Source: Eledone cirrhosa
Taxonomy: Eukaryota
Length of the DNA stretch: 64,000 nt
Reading direction: 5' to 3'
Assembly: GCA_964016885.1 (NCBI GenBank)
Contig: CAXHJY010000096.1
Coordinates: forward strand, 1,736,001-1,800,000
The translations under genes and the position numbers were made by a program. The notes under the pieces were generated by a model. The model saw only the letters and a list, made by a program, of their open reading frames with translations, made no database searches and was not told the DNA's origin. Position 1 is the first letter of the stretch; the number at the start of each line of letters is the position of its first letter. Shown here piece by piece: positions 37,801 to 50,500 of this stretch.

Positions 37801-40800
37801 AAAAAAAATCAGGGGGAGATAATTTGTAAAAAAAAATCAGGGGTAGATAATTTGTAAAAAAAAATCAGGGGGGAGATAATTTGTAAAAAAAATCAAGGGG
37901 AGATAATTTCCAGCCGTCCAAGGGAAGATAATTTCCAGCCCTCCAAGGGGCTATAATTTCCAGCGTCCAAGGGGAGATAATTTCCAGCCAGCGAAGGGGA
38001 GATAATTTTTAAAAAAAAATCATTGGGAGATTTGTAAAAAAAATCAGGGGGAGATAATTTGTAAAAAAAATCAAGGGGAGATAATTTCCAGCCGTCCAAG
38101 GGGAGGTAATATCTAGCCGTCCAAGGGTAGATAATTTCCAGCCGTCCAACGGGAGATAATTTCCAGCCGTCCAAGGGTAGATAATATCCAGCCGCCCAAG
38201 GACATATTTTCCAGCCGTCCAAGGAGAGGTAATTTCTAGCCGTCCAAGGGGAGATAATTTCCAGCCGTCCAAGGGTAGATAATATCCAGCCGTCCAAGGA
38301 CATATTTTCCAGCCGTCCAAGGAGAGGTAATTTCTAGCCGTCCAAGGGGAGATAAATTCCAGCCTCCAAGGGGAGATAATTTCCAGCCAGCCAAGGGGAG
38401 ATAATTTGTAAAAAAATCAGGGGGAGATAATTTGTAAAAAAAATCAGGGGGAGATAATTTGTAAAAAAAAATCAGGGGGAGATAATTTGTAAAAAAAAAT
38501 CAGGGGGAGATAATTTGCAAAAAAAATCAGGGGGAGATAATTTGTAAAAAAAAATCAGGGGTAGATAATTTGTAAAAAAAAATCAGGGGGAGATAATTTG
38601 TAAAAAAAATCAGGGGGAGATAATTTGTAAAAAAAATCAAGGGGAGATAATTTCCAGCCGTCCAAGGAGAGATAATTTTAAAAAAAATCAGGCGGAGATA
38701 ATTTGTAAAAAAAAATCAGGGGGAGATAATTTGTAAAAAAAAATCAGGGGGAGATAATTTGTAAAAAAAAATCAGGGGGAGATAATTTGTAAAAAAAATC
38801 AGGAGGAGATAATTTGTAAAAAAAATCAAGGGGAGATAATTTCCAGCCGTCCAAGGAGAGATAATTTAAAAAAAAATCAGGCGGAGATAATTTGTAAAAA
38901 AAAATCAGGGGGAGATAATTTGTAAAAAAAAATCAGGGGGAGATAATTTGTAAAAAAAATCAAGGGGAGATAATTTCCAGCCGTCCAAGGGGAGATAATT
39001 TTCAGCCGTCCAAGGGGAGATAATTTCCCGCCAGCCAAGGGAAGATAATATTCAAAAAAATCAGACGGAGATAATTTGTAAAAAAAATCAGGGGGAGATA
39101 ATTTGTAAAAAAATCAGGGGGAGATAATTTGTAAAAAAAAAAATCAGGGGGAGATAATTTTTAAAAAAAATCAGGGGGAGATAATTTGTAAAAAAAAATC
39201 AGGGGTAGATAATTTGTAAAAAAAAATCAGGGGGAGATAATTTGTAAAAAAAAATCAGGGGGAGATAACTTGTAAAAAAAATGAAAGGGGAGATAATATC
39301 CAGCCGTCCAAGGGGAGATAATTTCCAGCCGTCCAAGGGGAGATAATTTCCAGCCGTCCAAGGGGAGATAATTTCCATCCTTCCAAGGGGATATAATTTC
39401 CAGCCGTCCAAGGGGAGATAATTTCCATCCTTCCAAGGGGATATAATTTCCAGCCGTCCAAGGGGAGATAATTTTCAGCCGTCCAAGGAGAGGTAATTTC
39501 TAGCCGTCCAAGGAGAGATAATTTCCAGCCGTCCAAGGGGAGATAATTTCCAGCCGTCCAAGGGGAGATAATTTCCAGCCGTCCAAGGAGACATATTTTC
39601 CAGCCGTCCAAGGAGAGGTAATTCCTAGCCGTCCAAGGGGAGATAAATTCCAGCCTCCAAGGGGAGATAATTTCCAGCCAGCCAAGGGGAGATAATTTGT
39701 AAAAAAAATCAGGGGGAGATAATTTGTAAAAAAAATCAGGGGGAGATAATTTGTAAAAAAAAATCAGGGGTAGATAATTTGTAAAAAATAATCAGGGGGA
39801 GATAATTTGTAAAAAAAATCAAGGGGAGATAATTTCCAGCCGTCCAAGGGGAGATAATTTTCAGCCGTCCAAGGGGAGATAATTTCCCGCCAGCCAAGGG
39901 AAGATAATATTTAAAAAAATTAGGCGGAGATAATTTGTAAAAAAAATCAGGGGGAGATAATTTGTAAAAAAATCAGGGGGAGATAATTTGTAAAAAAAAT
40001 CAGGGGGAGATAATTTGTAAAAAAAATCAGGGGGAGATAATTTGTAAAAAAAAATCAGGGGGAGATAATTTGTAAAAAAAATCAAGGGGAGATAATTTCC
40101 AGCCGTCCAAGGGAAGATAATTTCCAGCCCTCCAAGGGGCTATAATTTCCAGCGTCCAAGGGGAGATAATTTCCAGCCAGCGAAGGGGAGATAATTTTTT
40201 TTAAAAAATCATTGGGAGATTTGTAAAAAAAATCAGGGGGAGATAATTTGTAAAAAAAATCAAGGGGAGATAATTTCCAGCCGTCCAAGGGGAGGTAATA
40301 TCTAGCCGTCCAAGGGGAGATAATTTCCAGCCGTCCAAGGGGAGATAATTTCCAGCCGTCCAAGGGTAGATAATATCCAGCCGTCCAAGGACATATTTTC
40401 CAGCCGTCCAAGGAGAGGTAATTTCTAGCCGTCCAAGGGGAGATAAATTCCAGCCTCCAAGGTGAGATAATTTCCAGCCAGCCAAGGGGAGATAATTTGT
40501 AAAAAAATCAGGGGGAGATAATTTGTAAAAAAAATCAGGGGGAGATAATTTGTAAAAAAAAATCAGGGGGAGATAATTTGTAAAAAAAATCAGGGGGAGA
40601 TAATTTGTAAAAAAAATTAAGGGGAGATAATTTCCAGCCGTCCAAGGGGAGATAATTTCCCGCCAGCCAAGGGAAGATAATATTTAAAAAAATCAGGCGG
40701 AGATAATTTGTAAAAAAAATCAGGGGGAGATAATTTGTAAAAAAATCAGGGGGAGATAATTTGTAAAAAAAAAATCAGGGGGAGATAATTTGTAAAAAAA

Positions 40801-41690
40801 ATCAGGGGGAGATAATTTGTAAAAAAAAATCAGGGGTAGATAAATTGTAAAAAAAAATCAGGGGGAGATAATTTGTAAAAAAAATCAGAGGGAGATAATT
40901 TGTAAAAAAAATGAAAGGGGAGATAATATCCAGCCGTCCAAGGGGAGATAATTTCCAGCCGTCCAAGGGTAGATAATTTCCAGCCGTCCAAGGGGAGATA
41001 ATTTCCATCCTTCCAAGGGGATATAATTTCCAGCCGTCCAAGGGGAGATAATTTCCCGCCAGCCAAGGGAAGATAATTTTTAAAAAAATCAGGCGGAGAT
41101 TGTAAAAAAAATCAGGGGGGAGATAATTTGTAAAAAAATCAGGGGGAGATAATTTGTAAAAAAAAATCAGGGGGAGATAATTTGTAAAAAATAATCAGGG
41201 GGAGATAATTTGTAAAAAAAAATCAAGGGGAGATAATTTCCAGCCGTCCAAGGGGAGGTAATATCTAGCCGTCCAAGGGGAGATAATTTCCAGCCGTCCA
41301 ACGGGAGATAATTTCCAGCCGTCCATGGGTAGATAATATCCAGCCGCCCAAGGACATATTTTCCAGCCGTCCAAGGAGAGGTAATTTCTAGCCGTCCAAG
41401 GGGAGATAATTTCCAGCCGTCCAAGGGTAGATAATATCCAGCCGTCCAAGGACATATTTTCCAGCCGTCCAAGGAGAGGTAATTTCTAGCCGTCCAAGGG
41501 GAGATAAATTCCAGCCTCCAAGGGGAGATAATTTCCAGCCAGCCAAGGGGAGATAATTTGTAAAAAAATCAGGGGGAGATAATTTGTAAAAAAAATCAGG
41601 GGGAGATAATTTGTAAAAAAAAATCAGGGGGAGATAATTTGTAAAAAAAAATCAGGGGGAGAAAATTTGCAAAAAAAATCAGGGGGAGAT
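34800..41690 (+). repeat. 7624-bp tandem duplication, copy 2 (one 744-bp sub-repeat shorter)
   Basis: Offset 7624 holds to about 41400 and then becomes 6880 (34592/41472; GAGAAAATTTGC at about 34779/41659). Confidence 0.88.
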
Positions 41691-44530
41691 AATTTGTAAA
41701 AAAAAATCAGGGGTAGATAATTTGTAAAAAAAAATCAGGGGGAGATAATTTGTAAAAAAAAATCAGGGGGAGATAATTTGTAAAAAAAATCAAGGGGAGA
41801 TAATTTCCAGCCGTCCAAGGAGAGATAATTTTAAAAAAAATCAGGCGGAGATAATTTGTAAAAAAAAATCAGGGGGAGATAATTTGTAAAAAAAATCAGG
41901 GGGAGATAATTTGTAAAAAAAAATCAGGGGTAGATAATTTGTAAAAAAAAATCAGGGGGAGATAATTTGTAAAAAAAAATCAGGGGGAGATAATTTGTAA
42001 AAAAAATCAAGGGGAGATAATTTCCAGCCGTCCAAGGAGAGATAATTTAAAAAAAAATCAGGGGGAGATAATTTGTAAAAAAAATCAAGGGGAGATAATT
42101 TCCAGCCGTCCAAGGGGAGATAATTTTCAGCCGTCCAAGGGGAGATAATTTCCCGCCAGCCAAGGGAAGATAATATTCAAAAAAATCAGGCGGAGATAAT
42201 TTGTAAAAAAAATCAGGGGGAGATAATTTGTAAAAAAATCAGGGGGAGATAATTTGTAAAAAAAAAAATCAGGGGGAGATAATTTTTAAAAAAAATCAGG
42301 GGGAGATAATTTGTAAAAAAAAATCAGGGGTAGATAATTTGTAAAAAAAAATCAGGGGGAGATAATTTGTAAAAAAAAATCAGGGGGAGATAACTTGTAA
42401 AAAAAATGAAAGGGGAGATAATATCCAGCCGTCCAAGGGGAGATAATTTCCAGCCGTCCAAGGGGAGATAATTTCCAGCCGTCCAAGGGGAGATAATTTC
42501 CATCCTTCCAAGGGGATATAATTTCCAGCCGTCCAAGGGGAGATAATTTCCATCCTTCCAAGGGGATATAATTTCCAGCCGTCCAAGGGGAGATAATTTT
42601 CAGCCGTCCAAGGAGAGGTAATTTCTAGCCGTCCAAGGAGAGATAATTTCCAGCCGTCCAAGGGGAGATAATTTCCAGCCGTCCAAGGGGAGATAATTTC
42701 CAGCCGTCCAAGGAGACATATTTTCCAGCCGTCCAAGGAGAGGTAATTCCTAGCCGTCCAAGGGGAGATAAATTCCAGCCTCCAAGGGGAGATAATTTCC
42801 AGCCAGCCAAGGGGAGATAATTTGTAAAAAAAATCAGGGGGAGATAATTTGTAAAAAAAATCAGGGGGAGATAATTTGTAAAAAAAAATCAGGGGTAGAT
42901 AATTTGTAAAAAATAATCAGGGGGAGATAATTTGTAAAAAAAATCAAGGGGAGATAATTTCCAGCCGTCCAAGGGGAGATAATTTTCAGCCGTCCAAGGG
43001 GAGATAATTTCCCGCCAGCCAAGGGAAGATAATATTTAAAAAAATTAGGCGGAGATAATTTGTAAAAAAAATCAGGGGGAGATAATTTGTAAAAAAATCA
43101 GGGGGAGATAATTTGTAAAAAAAATCAGGGGGAGATAATTTGTAAAAAAAATCAGGGGGAGATAATTTGTAAAAAAAAATCAGGGGGAGATAATTTGTAA
43201 AAAAAATCAAGGGGAGATAATTTCCAGCCGTCCAAGGGAAGATAATTTCCAGCCCTCCAAGGGGCTATAATTTCCAGCGTCCAAGGGGAGATAATTTCCA
43301 GCCAGCGAAGGGGAGATAATTTTTTTTAAAAAATCATTGGGAGATTTGTAAAAAAAATCAGGGGGAGATAATTTGTAAAAAAAATCAAGGGGAGATAATT
43401 TCCAGCCGTCCAAGGGGAGGTAATATCTAGCCGTCCAAGGGGAGATAATTTCCAGCCGTCCAAGGGGAGATAATTTCCAGCCGTCCAAGGGTAGATAATA
43501 TCCAGCCGTCCAAGGACATATTTTCCAGCCGTCCAAGGAGAGGTAATTTCTAGCCGTCCAAGGGGAGATAAATTCCAGCCTCCAAGGTGAGATAATTTCC
43601 AGCCAGCCAAGGGGAGATAATTTGTAAAAAAATCAGGGGGAGATAATTTGTAAAAAAAATCAGGGGGAGATAATTTGTAAAAAAAAATCAGGGGGAGATA
43701 ATTTGTAAAAAAAATCAGGGGGAGATAATTTGTAAAAAAAATTAAGGGGAGATAATTTCCAGCCGTCCAAGGGGAGATAATTTCCCGCCAGCCAAGGGAA
43801 GATAATATTTAAAAAAATCAGGCGGAGATAATTTGTAAAAAAAATCAGGGGGAGATAATTTGTAAAAAAATCAGGGGGAGATAATTTGTAAAAAAAAAAT
43901 CAGGGGGAGATAATTTGTAAAAAAAATCAGGGGGAGATAATTTGTAAAAAAAAATCAGGGGTAGATAAATTGTAAAAAAAAATCAGGGGGAGATAATTTG
44001 TAAAAAAAATCAGAGGGAGATAATTTGTAAAAAAAATGAAAGGGGAGATAATATCCAGCCGTCCAAGGGGAGATAATTTCCAGCCGTCCAAGGGGAGATA
44101 ATTTCCAGCCGTCCAAGGGGAGATAATTTCCATCCTTCCAAGGGGATATAATTTCCAGCCGTCCAAGGGGAGATAATTTCCCGCCAGCCAAGGGAAGATA
44201 ATTTTTAAAAAAATCAGGCGGAGATTGTAAAAAAAATCAGGGGGGAGATAATTTGTAAAAAAATCAGGGGGAGATAATTTGTAAAAAAAAATCAGGGGGA
44301 GATAATTTGTAAAAAATAATCAGGGGGAGATAATTTGTAAAAAAAAATCAAGGGGAGATAATTTCCAGCCGTCCAAGGGGAGGTAATATCTAGCCGTCCA
44401 AGGGGAGATAATTTCCAGCCGTCCAACGGGAGATAATTTCCAGCCGTCCATGGGTAGATAATATCCAGCCGCCCAAGGACATATTTTCCAGCCGTCCAAG
44501 GAGAGGTAATTTCTAGCCGTCCAAGGGGAG
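39065..44530 (+). repeat. 3125-bp-offset duplication (about 39065-41400 repeated at about 42190-44530)
   Basis: Constant offset for 39199/42324, 39861/42986, 40082/43207, 40802/43927 and 41195/44320. Both share the variant ATAACTTG. Confidence 0.88.
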
Positions 44531-47500
44531 ATAATTACAGCCGTCCAAGGGTAGATAATATCCAGCCGTCCAAGGACATATTTTCCAGCCGTCCAAGGAG
44601 AGGTAATTTCTAGCCGTCCAAGGGGAGATAAATTCCAGCCTCCAAGGGGAGATAATTTCCAGCCAGCCAAGGGGAGATAATTTGTAAAAAAATCAGGGGG
44701 AGATAATTTGTAAAAAAAATCAGGGGGAGATAATTTGTAAAAAAAAATCAGGGGGAGATAATTTGTAAAAAAAAATCAGGGGGAGATAATTTGCAAAAAA
44801 AATCAGGGGGAGATAATTTGTAAAAAAAAATCAGGGGTAGATAATTTGTAAAAAAAAATCAGGGGGAGATAATTTGTAAAAAAAAATCAGGGGGAGATAA
44901 TTTGTAAAAAAAATCAAGGGGAGATAATTTCCAGCCGTCCAAGGGAAGATAATTTCCAGCCCTCCAAGGGGCTATAATTTCCAGCGTCCAAGGGGAGATA
45001 ATTTCCAGCCAGCGAAGGGGAGATAATTTTTTTTAAAAAATCATTGGGAGATTTGTAAAAAAAATCAGGGGGAGATAATTTGTAAAAAAAATCAAGGGGA
45101 GATAATTTCCAGCCGTCCAAGGGGAGGTAATATCTAGCCGTCCAAGGGGAGATAATTTCCAGCCGTCCAACGGGAGATAATTTCCAGCCGTCCATGGGTA
45201 GATAATATCCAGCCGCCCAAGGACATATTTTCCAGCCGTCCAAGGAGAGGTAATTTCTAGCCGTCCAAGGGGAGATAATTTCCAGCCGTCCAAGGGTAGA
45301 TAATATCCAGCCGTCCAAGGACATATTTTCCAGCCGTCCAAGGAGAGGTAATTTCTAGCCGTCCAAGGGGAGATAAATTCCAGCCTCCAAGGGGAGATAA
45401 TTTCCAGCCAGCCAAGGGGAGATAATTTGTAAAAAAATCAGGGGGAGATAATTTGTAAAAAAAATCAGGGGGAGATAATTTGTAAAAAAAAATCAGGGGG
45501 AGATAATTTGTAAAAAAAAATCAGGGGGAGAAAATTTGCAAAAAAAATCAGGGGGAGATAATTTGTAAAAAAAAATCAGGGGTAGATAATTTGTAAAAAA
45601 AAATCAGGGGGAGATAATTTGTAAAAAAAAATCAGGGGGAGATAATTTGTAAAAAAAATCAAGGGGAGATAATTTCCAGCCGTCCAAGGAGAGATAATTT
45701 TAAAAAAAATCAGGCGGAGATAATTTGTAAAAAAAAATCAGGGGGAGATAATTTGTAAAAAAAATCAGGGGGAGATAATTTGTAAAAAAAAATCAGGGGT
45801 AGATAATTTGTAAAAAAAAATCAGGGGGAGATAATTTGTAAAAAAAAATCAGGGGGAGATAATTTGTAAAAAAAATCAAGGGGAGATAATTTCCAGCCGT
45901 CCAAGGAGAGATAATTTAAAAAAAAATCAGGGGGAGATAATTTGTAAAAAAAATCAAGGGGAGATAATTTCCAGCCGTCCAAGGGGAGATAATTTTCAGC
46001 CGTCCAAGGGGAGATAATTTCCCGCCAGCCAAGGGAAGATAATATTCAAAAAAATCAGGCGGAGATAATTTGTAAAAAAAATCAGGGGGAGATAATTTGT
46101 AAAAAAATCAGGGGGAGATAATTTGTAAAAAAAAAATCAGGGGGAGATAATTTGTAAAAAAAATCAGGGGGAGATAATTTGTAAAAAAAAATCAGGGGTA
46201 GATAATTTGTAAAAAAAAATCAGGGGGAGATAATTTGTAAAAAAAAATCAGGGGGAGATAATTTGTAAAAAAAATGAAAGGGGAGATAATATCCAGCCGT
46301 CCAAGGGGAGATAATTTCCAGCCGTCCAAGGGGAGATAATTTCCAGCCGTCCAAGGGGAGATAATTTCCATCCTTCCAAGGGGATATAATTTCCAGCCGT
46401 CCAAGGGGAGATAATTTCCATCCTTCCAAGGGGATATAATTTCCAGCCGTCCAAGGGGAGATAATTTTCAGCCGTCCAAGGAGAGGTAATTTCTAGCCGT
46501 CCAAGGAGAGATAATTTCCAGCCGTCCAAGGGGAGATAATTTCCAGCCGTCCAAGGGGAGATAATTTCCAGCCGTCCAAGGAGACATATTTTCCAGCCGT
46601 CCAAGGAGAGGTAATTCCTAGCCGTCCAAGGGGAGATAAATTCCAGCCTCCAAGGGGAGATAATTTCCAGCCAGCCAAGGGGAGATAATTTGTAAAGAAA
46701 ATCAGGGGGAGATAATTTGTAAAAAAAATCAGGGGGAGATAATTTGTAAAGAAATCAGGGGGAGATAATTTGTAAAAAAAATCAGGGGGAGATAATTTGT
46801 AAAAAAAATCAGGGGGAGATAATTTGTAAAAAAAAATCAGGGGGAGATAATTTGTAAAAAAAATCAAGGGGAGATAATTTCCAGCCGTCCAAGGGAAGAT
46901 AATTTCCAGCCCTCCAAGGGGCTATAATTTCCAGCGTCCAAGGGGAGATAATTTCCAGCCAGCGAAAGGGAGATAATTTTTTAAAAAAAATCATTGGGAG
47001 ATTTGTAAAAAAATCAGGGGGAGATAATTTGTAAAAAAAATCAAGGGGAGATAATTTCCAGCCGTCCAAGGGGAGGTAATATCTAGCCGTCCAAGGGGTG
47101 ATAATTTCCAGCCGTCCAAGGGGAGATAATTTCCAGCCGTCCAAGGGTAGATAATATCCAGCCGTCCAAGGACATATTTTCCAGCCGTCCAAGGAGAGGT
47201 AATTTCTAGCCGTCCAAGGGGAGATAAATTCCAGCCTCCAAGGTGAGATAATTTCCAGCCAGCCAAGGGGAGATAATTTGTAAAAAAATCAGGGGGAGAT
47301 AATTTGTAAAAAAAATCAGGGGGAGATAATTTGTAAAAAAAAATCAGGGGGAGATAATTTGTAAAAAAAATCAAGGGGAGATAATTTCCAGCCGTCCAAG
47401 GGGAGATAATTTTCAGCCGTCCAAGGGGAGATAATTTCCCGCCAGCCAAGGGAAGATAATATTTAAAAAAATCAGGCGGAGATAATTTGTAAAAAAAATC

Positions 47501-50500
47501 AGGGGGAGATAATTTGTAAAAAAATCAGGGGGAGATAATTTGTAAAAAAAAAATCAGGGGGAGATAATTTGTAAAAAAAATCAGGGGGAGATAATTTGTA
47601 AAAAAAAATCAGGGGTAGATGAATTGTAAAAAAAAATCAGGGGGAGATAATTTGTAAAAAAAATCAGGGGGAGATAATTTGTAAAAAATATGAAAGGGGA
47701 GATAATATCCAGCCGTCCAAGGGGAGATAATTTCCAGCCGTCCAAGGGGAGATAATTTCCAGCCGTCCAAGGGGAGATAATTTCCATCCTTCCAAGGGGA
47801 TATAATTTCCAGCCGTCCAAGGGGAGATAATTTCCCGCCAGCCAAGGGAAGATAATATTTAAAAAAATTAGGCGGAGATAATTTGTAAAAAAAATCAGGG
47901 GGAGATAATTTGTAAAAAATCAGGGGGAGATAATTTGTAAAAAAAATCAGGGGGAGATAATTTGTAAAAAAAATCATGGGGAGATAATTTGTAAAAAAAA
48001 ATCAGGGGTAGATAATTTGTAAAAAAAAATCAGGGGGAGATAATTTGTAAAAAAAAATCAGGGGGAGATAATTTGTAAAAAAAATCAAGGGGAGATAATT
48101 TCCAGCCGTCCAAGGGGAGATAATTTTCAGCCGTCCAAGGAGAGGTAATTTCTAGCCGTCCAAGGGGAGATAATTTCCAGCCGTCCAAGGGGAGGTAATT
48201 TCCAGCCGTCCAAGGGGAGATAATTTTAAAAAAAAAATCAGGCGGAGATAATTTGTAAAAAAAATCAAGGGGAGATAATTTGCAGCCGTCCAAGGGGAGA
48301 TAATTTTCAGTCGTCCAAGGAGAGGTAATTTCTAGCCGTCCAAGGGGAGATAATTGCCAGCCGTCCAAGGGGAGATAATTTCCAGCCGTCCAAGGGGAGA
48401 TAATTTTTTTTAAAAAATCAGGCGGAGATAATTTGTAAAAAAAATCAGGGGGAGATAATTTGTAAACAAAATCAGGGGGAGATAATTTGTAAAAAAAAAT
48501 CAGGGGTAGATAATTTGTAAAAAAAAATCAGGGGGAGATAATTTGTAAAAAAAAATCAGGGGGAGATAATTTGTAAAAAAAATCAAGGGGAGATAATTTC
48601 CAGCCGTCCAAGGGGAGATAATTTTCAGCCGTCCAAGGAGAGGTAATTTCTAGCCGTCCAAGGGGAGATAATTTCCAGCCGTCCAAGGGGAGGTAATTTC
48701 CAGCCGTCCAAGGGGAGATAATTTAAAAAAAAAAATCAGGCGGAGATAATTTGTAAAAAAAATCAAGGGGAGATAATTTGCAGCCGTCCAAGGGGAGATA
48801 ATTTTCAGTCGTCCAAGGAGAGGTAATTTCTAGCCGTCCAAGGGGAGATAATTGCCAGCCGTCCAAGGGGAGATAATTTCCAGCCGTCCAAGGGGAGATA
48901 ATTTTTTTTAAAAAATCAGGCGGAGATAATTTGTAAAAAAAATCAGGGGGAGATAATTTGTAAACAAAATCAGGGGGAGATAATTTGTAAAAAAAAATCA
49001 GGGGGAGATAATTTGTAAAAAAAATCATGGAGAGATAATTTCCAGCCGTCCAAGGGGAGATAATTTCCAGCCTTCCAAGGAGACATATTTTCCAGCCGTC
49101 CAAGGCGAGGTAATTTCTAGCCGTCCAAGGGGAGATAAATTCCAGCCTCCAAGGGGAGATAATTTCCAGCCAGCCAAGTGGAGATAATTTGTAAAAAAAT
49201 CAGGAGGAGATAATTTGTAAAAAATATCAGGGAGATAATTTGTAAAAAAAAATCAGGGGGAGATAATTTGTAAAAAAAATCAGGGGGAGATAATTTGTAA
49301 AAAAAAATCAGGGGGAGATAATTTGTAAAAAAAATCAAGGGGAGATAATTTCCAGCCGTCCAAGGGGAGATAATTTTCAGCCGTCCAAGGGGAGATAATT
49401 TCCCGCCAGCCAAGGGAAGATAATATTTAAAAAAATCAGGCGGAGATAATTTGTAAAAAAAATCAGGGGGAGATAATTTGTAAAAAAATCAGGGGGAGAT
49501 AATTTGTAAAAAAAAAATCAGGGGGAGATAATTTGTAAAAAAAATCAGGGGGAGATAATTTGTAAAAAAAAATCAGGGGTAGATAATTTGTAAACAAATA
49601 TCAGGGGGAGATAATTTGTAAAAAAAAATCAGGGGGAGATAATTTGTAAAAAAAATGAAAGGGGAGATAATATCCAGCCGTCCAAGGGGAGATAATTTCC
49701 AGCCGTCCAAGGGGATATAATTTCCAGCCGTCCAAGGGGAGATAATTTCCATCCTTCCAAGGGGATATAATTTCCAGCCGTCCAAGGGGAGATAATTTCC
49801 CGCCAGCCAAGGGAAGATAATTTTTAAAAAAATCAGGCGGAGATTGTAAAAAAAATCAGGGGGGAGATAATTTGTAAAAAAATCAGGGGGAGATAATTTG
49901 TAAAAAATAATCAGGGGGAGATAATTTGTAAAAAAATTCAAGGGGAGATAATTTCCAGCCGTCCAAGGGGAGATAATTTCCCGCCAGCCAAGGGAAGATA
50001 ATATTTAAAAAAATCAGGCGGAGATTGTAAAAAAAATCAGGGGGGAGATAATTTGTAAAAAAATCAGGGGGAGATAATTTGTAAAAAAAATCAGGGGGAG
50101 ATAATTTGTAAAAAAATCAGGGGGAGATAATTTGTAAAAAAAATCAGGGGGAGATAATTTGTAAAAAAAATCATGGGGAGATAATTTGTAAAAAGAAATC
50201 AGGGGTAGATAATTTGTAAAAAAAAATCAGGGGGAGATAATTTGTAAAAAAAAATCAGGGGAGATAATTTGTAAAAAAAATCAAGGGGAGATAATATCCA
50301 GCCGTCCAAGGAGAGATAATTTTTAAAAAAAATGAGGCGGAGATAATTTGTAAAAAAAAAATCAGGGGGAGTTAATTTGTAAAAAAAAATGAGGGGGAGA
50401 TAATTTGTAAAAAAATCAAGGGGAGATAATTTCCAGCCGTCCAAGGGGAGATAATTTTCAGCCGTCCAAGGAGAGGTAATTTCTAGCCGTCCAAGGGGAG

